A stretch of 64,000 bases of DNA from Candidatus Borrarchaeum weybense (GTDB lineage Archaea; Asgardarchaeota; Sifarchaeia; Borrarchaeales; Borrarchaeaceae). Location: assembly GCA_019057385.1 (NCBI GenBank), contig JAHQJS010000006.1:741038-805037 (forward strand), in the 5' to 3' direction. A model generated the notes under the pieces. That model was given only the letters and a program-made list of their open reading frames with translations, searched no databases and had not been told where the DNA came from. Position 1 is the first letter of the stretch, and every line of letters starts with the position of its first letter. Position numbers and translations under genes: made by a program. Positions 40,840 through 51,654 of this stretch are shown in pieces.

Positions 40840-42042
40840 TTGAGAGTACCTATCTATGTGTTAAACATCAGGGGGCAACCGCTTATGCCTACCACACAAC
40901 ATAACGGAAAGAAGTTATTACAAGAAGGCAAGGCACACGTTGTTCAGCGATGTCCTTTCACCATTCAGTTGAACTATGCCACCGGAGAGGCGATACAACT
41001 GATTAAACTGGGAGTGGATATTGGATTTACTGAAATCGGATTTAGTGCCAAGACCGATACGTTAGAAGTCATCAGTGGGACCTTAAGCTTGCGCAAGGAT
41101 GTTTCTGACAAGCTAGAGGAAAAGCGTAGGTATCGTAGAAACCGTAGAGGCAGATTAGGGTATCGACCACCACGATTTGATAACCGAACACGACCTGAAG
41201 GATGGTTAGCCTCTAGCATTCAGCACAAACATGACTCACATATTCGATTAGTTGAAACACTTGCAACACTGCTACCGATACCCTTCAGAAAAGTAGAAGT
41301 GGCGAATTTCGACACACAAAAAATGCAGAATCCAGAAATTACAGGAGTAGCATATCAGCAGGGCACACTTCAAGGCTACGAAGTCAGAGAGTATCTGTTA
41401 GAGAAGTGGGGGCGAAAGTGCGCCTATTGTAGTAAAATAAACATGCCCTTAGAAGTCGAGCATATCGTCCCGAAAAGTAGAGGTGGAACTGATAGAGTGT
41501 CGAATTTGACGATCGCATGTAGGAACTGTAATCTAAAGAAGGGGGATAAGACCGCCGAGGAGTGTGGCTATCCAGACATCCAGATGCAGGCAAATAAGTC
41601 ACTTAAAGCAGCCGCATGTATCAATAACATTCGTTGGAGGCTAGTAAAACAGTTAGATGCAGAATATACCTACGGATACGTCACTAAATACCAGCGTAAC
41701 AAGCTAGGGCTGGAAAAATCACATGTTAATGATGCGTTTGTCATTGCGGGAGGCACAACTCAAGAACGGTGTAGACCGTATGAGGTTGTTCAGGTGCGGC
41801 GCAATACTCGTTCACTCCAATTGAATAGAAAAGGTTTCAAACCGTCTATTAGAAGACAAAGATACCCGTTACAACCGTATGATCTTGTAAACTTTGAGGG
41901 TAGAACCTATAGAGTAAAAGGTACTCATTGTCTTGGAAAGCGAGTTATTTTAAAAAATGTTAATGGAAAAGATAAAAGCGTATCTATCAAAAAAGTAGAG
42001 TTGGTTAAATATGGGAAAGGATTATTATTTAACTTATGTTAG
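40840..42042 (+). CDS. iscB: RNA-guided endonuclease IscB
   Basis: PLMP, RuvC-I GVDIG, bridge helix RRYRRNRR, RuvC-II EVANFD, HNH EHIVPKSRGG..NL...C..CN, RuvC-III SHVNDA. Confidence 0.95.
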   Translation: MRVPIYVLNIRGQPLMPTTQHNGKKLLQEGKAHVVQRCPFTIQLNYATGEAIQLIKLGVDIGFTEIGFSAKTDTLEVISGTLSLRKDVSDKLEEKRRYRRNRRGRLGYRPPRFDNRTRPEGWLASSIQHKHDSHIRLVETLATLLPIPFRKVEVANFDTQKMQNPEITGVAYQQGTLQGYEVREYLLEKWGRKCAYCSKINMPLEVEHIVPKSRGGTDRVSNLTIACRNCNLKKGDKTAEECGYPDIQMQANKSLKAAACINNIRWRLVKQLDAEYTYGYVTKYQRNKLGLEKSHVNDAFVIAGGTTQERCRPYEVVQVRRNTRSLQLNRKGFKPSIRRQRYPLQPYDLVNFEGRTYRVKGTHCLGKRVILKNVNGKDKSVSIKKVELVKYGKGLLFNLC

Positions 42043-42110
42043 TCTAAACGCCTCTTTCCTCCCCACCCTAAAGGGTAGGGGCTTCCAGAGGCTGGAGTCG
42101 TGAATAAAGT

Positions 42111-43289
42111 ATGCTTGATCGAAATGAAATCCTTGGTTTTTTAGAGAAATATGATCCTGAAAAAATTGCGATTGGATGTGTGGCCTCACATTCTGCTCTC
42201 GATGTCGCTGATGGAGCCCAAGATGAGGGCTTCGAGATGTACGCATTTTGTGAAAAAGGCAGAGAGGCACCTTATACTAGGTATTTCAAAACGCTATACC
42301 ACCAGGATCGCTTAGTAAAAGGTGTAATCGATTATCCTGTTGTACTCGACAGTTTTAAAGAACTTGTCGATGATTATGATGATAAGTGGTTGCAATTCAT
42401 ATACCTCAACAATATCGTGTTTATTCCTAATCGTAGCTTCGTTGTTTATTGCGGAAAAGATGAAATTGAAAATAATTTTGTGGCTCCAATAGTAGGCACC
42501 CGAAACATGCTACGTATTGAAGATCGTGAGTCAGAGGAGTTCAATTATTACACCCTAGCAGAAAAGGCGGGCATGCGAATACCAGAGAAACTGGATTCAC
42601 CAGAAGAGATCGACGAAATTGGACTAGTAATGGTAAAATTAAAACACGCAAAGCATCGCCTCGAAAGAGGCTTCTTTACAGCCGCTAGTTTTAAAGAGTA
42701 TCAAGAAACCTCAGAACGACTATTGAGCCGCGGAGTGATTACGAAGGAAGATCTTGAGCAGGCAAGAATTGAACGTTATGCAGTTGGTCCTGTCTTCAAT
42801 TTTGATTTCTTCTACAGCCCAGTTAGCGAGAAACTGGGAGAAGAGCCATTAGAGTTATTGGGGATTGACTGGAGATTTGAAAGTTCACTGGATGGGTTCG
42901 TACGACTTCCAGCAGCACAGCAACTTACTTTACAGGACTTCCAAAAGGATCCCGTTTACAATGTGGTCGGTCACAATTCCTGCACATTAAGAGAAAGTCT
43001 CCTTCGATACATATTTCCCGAAGCTGAGAGATTTGTTAAAGCAACTAAAGCCTATTTTGATCCAGGTATAATCGGCAGTTTTACCATTCAAACGACCATT
43101 GAGGAAGACATGAAACCAACTACTTATGATATTGCAGTGCGAATAGGTGGTGGGACGAACGTCCATATGTATCTAGGGCATCCATATGGTAACATTCTTT
43201 GGAGAAAGAGAATGTCTTCAGGAAGACGAACTTGTCTTGAGGTGAAAAGAGCGATCGAGAAGGATATGCTCGACTTAATAGTCACATAA
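42111..43289 (+). CDS. purP: PurP-family paralog (FAICAR synthetase-like)
   Basis: [41 protein letters not shown]. Confidence 0.85.
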   Translation: MLDRNEILGFLEKYDPEKIAIGCVASHSALDVADGAQDEGFEMYAFCEKGREAPYTRYFKTLYHQDRLVKGVIDYPVVLDSFKELVDDYDDKWLQFIYLNNIVFIPNRSFVVYCGKDEIENNFVAPIVGTRNMLRIEDRESEEFNYYTLAEKAGMRIPEKLDSPEEIDEIGLVMVKLKHAKHRLERGFFTAASFKEYQETSERLLSRGVITKEDLEQARIERYAVGPVFNFDFFYSPVSEKLGEEPLELLGIDWRFESSLDGFVRLPAAQQLTLQDFQKDPVYNVVGHNSCTLRESLLRYIFPEAERFVKATKAYFDPGIIGSFTIQTTIEEDMKPTTYDIAVRIGGGTNVHMYLGHPYGNILWRKRMSSGRRTCLEVKRAIEKDMLDLIVT

Positions 43290-43309
43290 TTTTCAGGAAA
43301 GATGATAAA

Positions 43310-44128
43310 ATGGGATTAACTAAAAGAATTGTTCCTTGCCTTGATGTTCTCGAAGGAAGAGTTGTAAAAGGGATAAATTTTGTTCAACTTCGAGATGCAG
43401 GAGACCCTGTAGAGCAGGGCAAATCTTATTCTGATCAAGAAGCAGATGAACTTGTCTTTTTAGATATTACTGCTTCGCATGAAAAACGTGAGATCACGAA
43501 GGAAATGGTGAAGAAAGTAGCTGATGTAGTCTTCATCCCATTCACTGTTGGTGGAGGCATGCGCACTATAGAAGACATAAGAGGTATCCTAGAAAGCGGA
43601 GCAGATAAAATCTCTCTTAATACTGCCGCCGTTGAAAAACCTGAACTCATTACTGAAGCTGCTGAGATCTTTGGCACCCAGTGCATCGTAATAGCTATTG
43701 ATGCTAAAAGAAGATTTATCGAATCTGAAGCAGAAGCAGAGGGTCGCATTATAAGAGAGACAGAAGATGGACGCCCCTGTTGGTTTGAAGTTGTAACCTA
43801 CGGCGGTCGAAAACCAACTGGCAATGATGCACTAAAGTGGGCACAACAAGTAGAAGAATTAGGCGCTGGTGAAATTCTTGTGACAAGCATGGACAGGGAT
43901 GGCACAAAAATCGGCTATGACATCCCAGTAACTAAAGCTATGGCAGAACTGACAAATCTTCCTATAATTGCCAGTGGAGGCGCAGGAAATCCTGAACATA
44001 TGTATGAAGCATTGGTAGAAGGAAAAGCAGATGCCGCTCTTATTGCGTCGATAGTACATTATGGAATTTACTCTATACGCGAAATCAAAGAATATTTAAA
44101 AGAAAAAGGCGTTCCTGTACGTTTATAA
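43310..44128 (+). CDS. hisF: Imidazole glycerol phosphate synthase cyclase subunit
   Basis: [41 protein letters not shown]. Confidence 0.97.
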   Translation: MGLTKRIVPCLDVLEGRVVKGINFVQLRDAGDPVEQGKSYSDQEADELVFLDITASHEKREITKEMVKKVADVVFIPFTVGGGMRTIEDIRGILESGADKISLNTAAVEKPELITEAAEIFGTQCIVIAIDAKRRFIESEAEAEGRIIRETEDGRPCWFEVVTYGGRKPTGNDALKWAQQVEELGAGEILVTSMDRDGTKIGYDIPVTKAMAELTNLPIIASGGAGNPEHMYEALVEGKADAALIASIVHYGIYSIREIKEYLKEKGVPVRL

Positions 44129-44137
44129 TACATTTAC

Positions 44138-44851
44138 TTGAATTTTTTTAGGTGTGTTGTAGTGCCTGAATTCAACAACAAAACAATTGAAGAAATCCTC
44201 AAAGAGGTCGATTTTGAAAAAGGAAATGGACTAATTCCTGCGATTGCACAGGATTATAAATCCAAGAAAGTACTTATGCTAGCATACATGAACGAAACAG
44301 CCCTTAGAGAAACTCTAAAAACAGGATATATGACCTATTGGTCGCGTAGTCGCGGTATTCTATGGAAAAAGGGAGAACAATCAGGTAATAGACAAATAGT
44401 TAAAGAAATGTTTGTCGATTGTGACAATGATGCACTCGTCTTTCTTGTTGAGCCTCTAGGGGCAAGCTGCCACAAAGGGTTTTTTAGCTGTTTCTACAGA
44501 CAAATAGATACCACAGGACTAAAGCAAATAGAAGAAAAGATATTTGATTCAGACGAGACATATGCTACCAGCAAGGTTTTGGACGAGGTCTATGAGATAA
44601 TAAAAGGACGTATTTCATCTCCTAGACAGGACTCTTATGTTTCTGGATTAGCTACAAAGGGTACAAATGCAATATTCGGAAAGGTCAAAGAAGAATTTGA
44701 AGAAATGATGGACGCGATTAAAACTGATGATCTGCCTCATATAACTCATGAGATTACTGATCTGTTATTTCATGTATTAGTCATGCTCGCACATCGAGGA
44801 GTAAATTTAAAATCGATCTATCAAGAATTCCAACGAAGGAAAAAGCATTAG
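44138..44851 (+). CDS. hisIE: Bifunctional phosphoribosyl-AMP cyclohydrolase / phosphoribosyl-ATP pyrophosphatase
   Basis: WSRSR..LWKKGE.SG, DCDND, ASCHKG..SCF; KVKEE, HEITDLLFHVLV; start may be GTG at 44162. Confidence 0.93.
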   Translation: MNFFRCVVVPEFNNKTIEEILKEVDFEKGNGLIPAIAQDYKSKKVLMLAYMNETALRETLKTGYMTYWSRSRGILWKKGEQSGNRQIVKEMFVDCDNDALVFLVEPLGASCHKGFFSCFYRQIDTTGLKQIEEKIFDSDETYATSKVLDEVYEIIKGRISSPRQDSYVSGLATKGTNAIFGKVKEEFEEMMDAIKTDDLPHITHEITDLLFHVLVMLAHRGVNLKSIYQEFQRRKKH

Positions 44852-45640
44852 TAACCTCTCTATTTCCAGAAATCAAATTACTTGATACGTTGGGGTGGGG
44901 GAATTGACAATTTCTATATTCCATATCTTTTTAACTAATTCAAACTTTTACTATAAAATTTTCTTTAATTCTTCTTTTTCAATTACATCATCTATTGCTT
45001 CTTGAATATTTCCTTTCTTGAACAAAAGTTTCATCCCTCTTTTTTTTAGCCTTTGTATTCCCTTTTTACCAATATTTGCAGATATAATTACTGCACAGTC
45101 ATGAAGTAAATCATATACATCTAAGGTCTTTAAATGTTGCATCGTTTTTTCAAATGGATTATTTCTTTTTTCAATTAACTTAAATTGCTTCCCATCAGTT
45201 TCATAAATAAATATTTGTGTTGCTCTACCCAACATCTTTTGAAAAATATTTATTCCATCATTGGTAGGAATAGCAACCTTTATGAGATTTTTTTTGTTCC
45301 CATCCATTTTCTTAGCCCCTATAGTTTTATATTCAAATAAGGACTCTTTAAAGTGCTTTATTGCACAAATATTTCTTATTTTGGATATTCAGTGAAAGAT
45401 AGAATTGATTGTATGCACTCCTTCTTTTCTAGGCAACGCCCAAATGCGTATCTACTATTTTTCAACGAGAGCGGTATTGTAGCGGTCAAAATGTAACTCT
45501 TTTGACCAATTAACTCGGACTTTGGATGACCGAACTCATGAGACTACCGATTTGTTATTTCATTTATTAGTCATGCTTGCACATCGAGGAGTAGATCTGA
45601 AATCAATCTATCAAGAATTCCAGCACAGGAAAAAACATTA
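44743..45640 (+). repeat. 108-bp imperfect direct repeat of the hisIE 3' end (44743-44850 and 45533-45640)
   Basis: 13 mismatches in 108 bp by hand alignment. Confidence 0.9.
44951..45307 (-). CDS. NifB/NifX-family (dinitrogenase FeMo-cofactor-like) protein
   Basis: KVAIPTNDG..I...LGRA....IYE...RNNP...CAVIISANIG. Confidence 0.8.
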   Translation of the reverse strand: MDGNKKNLIKVAIPTNDGINIFQKMLGRATQIFIYETDGKQFKLIEKRNNPFEKTMQHLKTLDVYDLLHDCAVIISANIGKKGIQRLKKRGMKLLFKKGNIQEAIDDVIEKEELKKIL

Positions 45641-45877
45641 AGTAGAATATCTTTTCTTAATATCAGTAGACTCTAAGAACAGAGATATCTCTTTTTTATC
45701 AGCATTCAATAAAGATCTCTTTATATTTTCTTGGTTTTTTTCTGTATTTTAACATATACTGCTTCTCGAAAAAAATACACTCGAAATAGTAATTTTAACA
45801 ATAAGAGAACCAGTTTCTGATTTATTATCACCTCGAAAGAAGACCTCCCGACATGTTGGGGGGATGAATTGGGTCTC

Positions 45878-47086
45878 TTAGTTGTTTTCAAACATAAATA
45901 TTAATCCTTTTCCATATTTCAACAGTTCTACGTTTTTGATACTGGTGTTGACCACTGCTCCATTTGAATCACATAATCGTACCCATGCTCCATAATTGAA
46001 TATGCCTTTGACTTTGCATAGTTTTCCATTATAGGCTACCAAATCATGTGGTTGCAACTGGTATCTCTTTCTCCTAATAGACGGTTTGAATCCTTTTCTA
46101 TTCTTCTGTAGCGAACGATTATTGCGCCTGACTTGCATAACCTCATACGGGCGGCAGCGTTCTTGATTGGTTCCACCAGCAATGACAAACGCATCATTAA
46201 CATGAGATTTTTCTAAACCTAACTTATTGCGCTGGCATTTGGTGACGTATCCAAACGTATAATCTGCATCTAATTGCTCTACTAACTTCCAACGAATGTT
46301 ATTCAGACATGTCGGTGCTTTAAGAGACTTATTTGCCTGTTGCTGGAGGTGAGGATAGCCAAACTCCTCGGCAGTCCTTTTTCCTTTCTTTAGATTGCAG
46401 ACTTTGCATGAGATCGTCAAATTTGATACTCGATCTGTTCCGCCTCGGCTTCTCGGAACGATATGCTCGACTTCTAAGGGCACGTTTATTTTGCCACAAT
46501 AGGCGCATTTACGTCCCCACTTCTCTAACAGGTATTCTTTGACTTCATAGCCCTGAAGTTCACCCTGCTGATATTCTATTCCTGTAATTTCTGGGTGCTG
46601 CATTTTGTGGGCATCAAAATTCTCCACCTCAGCCCTTTTGTGGGTGATCGGTAGCAGTGTTTCAAGCTTTTCAACTAATCGAACATGTGAGTCATATCGA
46701 TGCTGAACGCTGGGTGTTAACCATCATTCAGGTCGAGTTCGGTTATTAAATCGAGGCGGTCTATATCCTAATCTACTTCTACGAGTTCTACGATACCTGC
46801 GTCTGTCTGCTAGTTTGTTAGACACATTTTTCCGCAGCGTTACTTTGCCACTGATGACTTCTAACTTATCGGTCTTGGCACTAAATCCGATGTTCGTATA
46901 TCCTAGGTCCACTCCGAGTGTAATAGGTTGCCTAGTTTCTCCAGTGGCATAGCTTAACTGAATGGTAAAAGGACATCTCTGAAAAACGCGTGCCTTCTCC
47001 TCTTGTAATAACTTCTTTCCTTTGTGTTGTGTGGTTGGCATGAGCGGTTGCCCCCTCATGTTCAACACATAGATAGGTACTCTCAA
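45878..47086 (-). pseudogene. iscB: iscB with a single in-frame nonsense codon
   Basis: RTRPE*WL versus RTRPEGWL in the intact copy (GGA>TGA at 46724-46726); both track ORFs share a frame. Confidence 0.9.
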
Positions 47087-47365
47087 GTCCTATCTCCTCC
47101 TTTAACGAGTGTTAAAGTCGGTTGGTTCTCTTCGCCAAGGTTATCAGTCAGTACTCTACGATGATCACTGAGCGTTTCCTCTCTGTTTAAACCACCGTTT
47201 ACAGAGCAAGGGACTAGAGAAGCATCCCTTGGTGTGTTCTTTAACTCTCCTGATAACTCAGATACCGCCATGTGTGTTTCACCACGACCTCTCTTAGGCT
47301 AATCAACCAATTACTCTTGTTCCTCACGGGACAAGCCCCCCTCACTTGTTAGGGGGGTGATTGAC
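47087..47365 (-). ncRNA. IscB omegaRNA scaffold
   Basis: Mostly near-identical to 40567-40839. Confidence 0.8.
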
Positions 47366-47417
47366 AAGTTAGGGTTTCACTTGTAATTATTACAAGTAAG
47401 GGTGAGTTGTGGTGTAT

Positions 47418-47630
47418 GTGAACTACCATCCAACAAGTTGAATGGCTTCCTGCTTCATAGACGACCTGCGGCATCTCCAACCGTACCTTTGACGGTATCG
47501 GCTTAACACAGACTTTAAATCGGACAGTCTCTGCCCTACTGTGTCCCCTTCCAGACCCACTTGGCTTTATGGCATACAGGGTTCAGAAGGGTACTCGCAT
47601 GCCGACCTCTTGCCTGCAGGTAGACACAAC
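47418..47630 (-). ncRNA. Stand-alone TnpB reRNA-like scaffold
   Basis: ...GAAGCAGGAAGCC...GGTAGTTCAC end resembling the tnpB right end at 53322; no ORF; TATA-like TTTTAATA near 47649-47656. Confidence 0.65.
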
Positions 47631-47774
47631 CAAATGTATAGGAACATCTATTAAAAGTTACAGAGGCCTATGTGAAAGTGAAATTACGTGATGCTTATTA
47701 ATAAAAATGAAATTGGATGCTCGAATACATTCGGTAAACTCTCCAGTAACAAAATGTAGGTAGGGAGTAAAATA

Positions 47775-48716
47775 GTGGAATCATCACTTAATCAGATATG
47801 GGATACACAAAATCTCATTCTTGCATTAGTAAATGATTTTTCCCCAATTAGTTCGATAAAACTTCAGAAATTGTTATTTCTCGCTCAGTATAAATCTGAT
47901 CTTCCATTAAATTTAGTTTATGCACCTTTTTTGTACGGCCCGTTTTGTGTTGAACTTTCAAATGAAATCCTTCCAGCATTACGAAAAGAAGGTCTTATTC
48001 AAACAATTCGGTACAGAAAAGATCAAAAGAGTCCAACTCTTAGAAACTATTCTTTGACAGAATTAGGGAGAGAAATGATGCAACAATGGCTTACAAATAA
48101 CATGGAACTATATAGGAGTTATAAAAGATTCATTGACATGTATAAAGAAAAGAATACCGAGAAAATCATCTCAGAGAGTTATGATATATTTCGTAAAACC
48201 GTAACTCCTCGTCTACTTTATTTCAACCAGCAGATGCTTCACGAAAGTATGAATCAATTAGAAAGTAGTAGAATAAACGAAAAAATTCGATTAAAAATTC
48301 CTCTGGAGCCTGATATGATCAGCGATCCCATTTCCGAATTTATTTTGGAGGATCTCAGGGAGTCTATACCTATTTTTTTGTCTAAGAATGAATTATCTAC
48401 CGCCTTCAAGAAAGAAATGATAGGATTAGGCACATCAATCAAAATCTATGGCAATTTCCATCAACATCTAAGAGAAGACGGCTCAGAACTTATTGGATTA
48501 TTTTCAAATAAGTTTTTTCATAAAAACTTAGAATTTATTCAAGAAAATGGTGATTATGATATTATCTGTAAACTTACAAAGAATGCAGAAATATGTTATT
48601 ATGATGACTTCTTAGGTCATATCTGTGAAGTAGGGGGAATTATTGTAGAAAAGAACCCGCTTATCATAGAGCCGGTTTATATTTTAGGATATTATCCAAG
48701 AGAATATCAATCCTGA
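47775..48716 (+). CDS. SocA/Panacea(DUF4065)/YwgA-like winged-helix protein with C-terminal extension
   Basis: SSIKLQKLLFL...YAPFLYGPFCVEL...YSLTELG. Confidence 0.65.
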   Translation: MESSLNQIWDTQNLILALVNDFSPISSIKLQKLLFLAQYKSDLPLNLVYAPFLYGPFCVELSNEILPALRKEGLIQTIRYRKDQKSPTLRNYSLTELGREMMQQWLTNNMELYRSYKRFIDMYKEKNTEKIISESYDIFRKTVTPRLLYFNQQMLHESMNQLESSRINEKIRLKIPLEPDMISDPISEFILEDLRESIPIFLSKNELSTAFKKEMIGLGTSIKIYGNFHQHLREDGSELIGLFSNKFFHKNLEFIQENGDYDIICKLTKNAEICYYDDFLGHICEVGGIIVEKNPLIIEPVYILGYYPREYQS

Positions 48717-49231
48717 AGTTCTGTCATAAATTGCGTTAATGCAGCGAATACATCGTTCACATTTTCCCCGGTTTTCGCACTTGTTTCTGTATAAACAACG
48801 CCATTTTGCTGTGCAAATTGTTTTGCCTCTTCCTGAGTTACAGCACGTAAATCTTCAAGATCTGCTTTATTACCAATGATTAAAAGCGGGATGTTGCCAG
48901 TTTTCCCACGAACTTGTTCAACCCATTTAGCGAGGTTTGTGAAGCTTTCACGCCGGGTTACATCAAAGACTACAAGTCCTCCGCTTGATCCGTCGTAGTA
49001 TGATGGCAATAGAAAATGAAATCTTTCTTGTCCCGCAGTATCCCAAATAGAGAGCTTGACTTTTGTGCCTCCGTCTAAAGTGACCATCTTTGTCGCGAAA
49101 TTGACCCCAATGGTCATTTTATAGTCGCGCTGGAAGGAACCGTGCACGAAACGGAACATAAGTGACGTTTTACCGACCGCTGCGTCTCCTACAACTATTA
49201 CCTTGAAGATAAACTTATGACCTCTCGACAT
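48707..49231 (-). CDS. Rab-like small GTPase
   Basis: GDAAVGKT, TIGVNF, WDTAGQERF, NKAD, TSAK; no C-terminal prenylation Cys; likely start at 49231. Confidence 0.93.
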   Translation of the reverse strand: MSRGHKFIFKVIVVGDAAVGKTSLMFRFVHGSFQRDYKMTIGVNFATKMVTLDGGTKVKLSIWDTAGQERFHFLLPSYYDGSSGGLVVFDVTRRESFTNLAKWVEQVRGKTGNIPLLIIGNKADLEDLRAVTQEEAKQFAQQNGVVYTETSAKTGENVNDVFAALTQFMTELQD

Positions 49232-49566
49232 CTTTACACACTCTTTTATATTGCCTTGTGATAAAAAATTGTAATGGTGTTTCATATATTTTTCTTATGT
49301 TAATGAGTTTTAAACGAGTTTCAAATTTCTGTTTTGACCTCAGTTTTTTATTTAAACGGCATATAAAAATTAAACACATTTTAGACTAATTATAAGAGTC
49401 TAATACCATAAAACGACCTGAAATAAGATATATGTTGCACTAGAAAACAAACACTTACTATAAAAAGTCTATTTTGGAAGATTCAAAAATTGTTCCAAAA
49501 CATTGATGTAATAGATTGATGGATTTTTAATAATGAATATGGCTTAAATAGAGGGGTTCTCTTTAC

Positions 49567-50049
49567 ATGGTATTCAAAAATGTACCTGGTACAACAACAA
49601 AATGGTTTATTGATGTTCTAGAAGCGAAACCTGGTAGTCTTCACTCTCATATTTATGTGGGAATAAGAAAGGATGGAGAAGAAAAGCAAATATTCTTGGA
49701 CTCAATAGCTTACCTTGTAGACTTGCTCGTGAGGGAATTTGAGGATGGACGAAACTTTATTGGGCTACCACCTTTAACGACTAAAAGGGCTGTAAAAACT
49801 ATAGCTGACTATTTTAATCTTGGTGATGACTTCAGTAGTGACTTAGAGTATGAATATCTACGATTCATTAAAGAAGAAGGATTACCTGGTCCTTCTGTTA
49901 TGATTACGGCACGTGAAATAACAGAAATCTATGAAAGATCTTCACAGTTAAAGAGCAAAATTTACGCAACAAAAGCAACCACTGATGAGGTTTTAGAAGA
50001 AGCAATGGAACAGCTAGAAAGTGAAGATGAAGATGCACAAGAAAAATAA
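49567..50049 (+). CDS. Hypothetical protein (paralog A)
   Basis: MVFKNVPG.T.W.I...DSIAYLVDLLVREF...IGLPPL; similar to the next gene. Confidence 0.75.
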   Translation: MVFKNVPGTTTKWFIDVLEAKPGSLHSHIYVGIRKDGEEKQIFLDSIAYLVDLLVREFEDGRNFIGLPPLTTKRAVKTIADYFNLGDDFSSDLEYEYLRFIKEEGLPGPSVMITAREITEIYERSSQLKSKIYATKATTDEVLEEAMEQLESEDEDAQEK

Positions 50050-50079
50050 GGGAATATTTCGCTAAAGAGAGGTTATTCT

Positions 50080-50568
50080 ATGGTTTACAAGAAATTCCCC
50101 GGAAGTACACTACAATGGTCAATTAATCTCCCGGAAATAGGGAGTAGAAAGTTGAGGATGCATTGTCCTGTTTCTGTATTGATTAAAAGAAATAGAGAAG
50201 AAATGCATATTCTTATAGATTCACTCGCTCATTTAGTAGATTTACTCATTCGAGAATTCGATGAAGAGAATGGTCTTAACCTCATAGGAGTTCCTCCACT
50301 TGCGTTTAAAAGAGCCTTTATTTCTATTAGTGATTATTTTAGTCTAGATGATGATTTCATTTCGGAACTCGAATGGGAATATTTTAAATTCGTAAAAGAA
50401 AGCGGAATTGAAAGCCCTTTTGGGGTTATTACACCACACAGACTAGCTGAGTTATATGAACGCTCAATGACGCTAAAGAAAAAACTGAGTGGAGAAGGAT
50501 CCAAAGTGGATGATTTAAAGGATGCGATTACCATAATCGACACGCATATAAAAATGCTAGAATCATAA
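50080..50568 (+). CDS. Hypothetical protein (paralog B)
   Basis: MVYKKFPGSTLQW.I...DSLAHLVDLLIREF...IGVPPL. Confidence 0.75.
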   Translation: MVYKKFPGSTLQWSINLPEIGSRKLRMHCPVSVLIKRNREEMHILIDSLAHLVDLLIREFDEENGLNLIGVPPLAFKRAFISISDYFSLDDDFISELEWEYFKFVKESGIESPFGVITPHRLAELYERSMTLKKKLSGEGSKVDDLKDAITIIDTHIKMLES

Positions 50569-50589
50569 GAAAACCTCACAACTCAACCA

Positions 50590-51654
50590 TTAAGGAACTT
50601 CTAACCGAAATTCTTTTCGAAGGTTTTTTACGGCTCCCATCATGTTTTTTAATTTTGCTAACGTTATATTGTAGGCAATTTCAGATGGAATAGCAAACTT
50701 TAGATTTCCAAACGCGCAGTCTGGGTCAATTATGAGATTTTCAATTCCATAGCGATTTGAAGCTTTTAATATCCGTGACCTAACGTCCTTTTCGGTTTCT
50801 ACAGCACGTTGCCAAGGTACTTTCCCTCTTCGAATGTCCTCCAATAAAAGTGGATCAAAAACTGAAGCGAGGCATCCATAACCAATCATTTTATCATAAC
50901 TTTCTAAATCCTGTTTTGTATATGCCTTTAGATTGTCAGGGTTGTTTACAAAATCGTGATCAAGATACAAGACATTATCAAGTTGAAGAAGTAGTTTAGA
51001 AATTGAAAAGATATCATCACATACATGTATCGAAGGAATAGCTCTGGATACTCCTTTAAAAACAATATCAAGGCACTTAAGTGCAAAATCTTCCTCTATC
51101 GCGAACTGAGCTATAGCGAAGTTCAAAATATGTTCATAAATAGTGACTATTGCGACCCCTTCTTTATCAATATCATAAACAATTTTTTTGATTATATAAG
51201 CTAATTTCTCTACAATATCTGGCATTAAAAGTGCGGGCATATCTGCTATTTTAATAAAATATGCCAGAGTAAAAGGACCAGTAACATAGACTTTTATGCC
51301 ATCTATTTTTGTGTTAAATCCAGCATTCTCAATATAATTTTTAGTCCATATTAACTCAGGAAGAACAAAAGGTTCACGAGGAGGGATAAGATCTCCTATA
51401 ACGTGTGTAATTCCGTTTTTTATTTCGATCCCACAATTTTGCTCTGCTAAAGGTTCCAAAAACATCAGACTCATATCTTCGAGCTGGGGTACTATCGGAA
51501 AGTCAATTTCTAAAGATATTTGATCAAAAAGAATCTGTTCCATATTAGCTTGAGTTTTATCTAAAGGAAAGCTATCCACAATAGTTGTTTTCAATTTCCC
51601 ATGCAGGTCACTAGAGTTTCTTTGTTGTATCATTCGCAGGTTCCTCAGTTTCAT
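50590..51654 (-). CDS. Cobalamin-independent methionine synthase core-domain-like protein
   Basis: VTGPFTLA, SIHVC, IDPDCAF, KLKNM. Confidence 0.75.
   Translation of the reverse strand: MKLRNLRMIQQRNSSDLHGKLKTTIVDSFPLDKTQANMEQILFDQISLEIDFPIVPQLEDMSLMFLEPLAEQNCGIEIKNGITHVIGDLIPPREPFVLPELIWTKNYIENAGFNTKIDGIKVYVTGPFTLAYFIKIADMPALLMPDIVEKLAYIIKKIVYDIDKEGVAIVTIYEHILNFAIAQFAIEEDFALKCLDIVFKGVSRAIPSIHVCDDIFSISKLLLQLDNVLYLDHDFVNNPDNLKAYTKQDLESYDKMIGYGCLASVFDPLLLEDIRRGKVPWQRAVETEKDVRSRILKASNRYGIENLIIDPDCAFGNLKFAIPSEIAYNITLAKLKNMMGAVKNLRKEFRLEVP

Larger units (their letters stand above)
40567..42100 (+). mobile_element. IS200/IS605-family IscB element (no TnpA)
   Basis: GTCAATTAC left end; CCCCACC(T/C)TAAAGGGTAGGGGCTT hairpin at both ends; inserted between the purP paralogs; right boundary approximate. 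Confidence 0.9.
45825..47365 (-). mobile_element. Second IscB IS200/IS605 element
   Basis: GTCAATCAC left end at 47365(-); omegaRNA; right-end hairpin near 45835-45870 (boundary approximate). Confidence 0.88.

Noticed and set aside
40655-40843. 62-aa ORFs upstream of both iscB copies
   Set aside because: They overlap the omegaRNA scaffold; the conservation is explained by the RNA.
46724-46726. TGA recoding (Gly or Sec) suggested by in-frame TGAs here and at 9693
   Set aside because: Many clear genes end in TGA and neither site aligns with Cys; nonsense mutation is simpler.
47752-47761. 10-nt match of the TnpB guide seed (AAATGTAGGT) upstream of gene 47775
   Set aside because: A 10-mer of this composition can easily occur by chance in 64 kb on two strands, and the TAM is not established.
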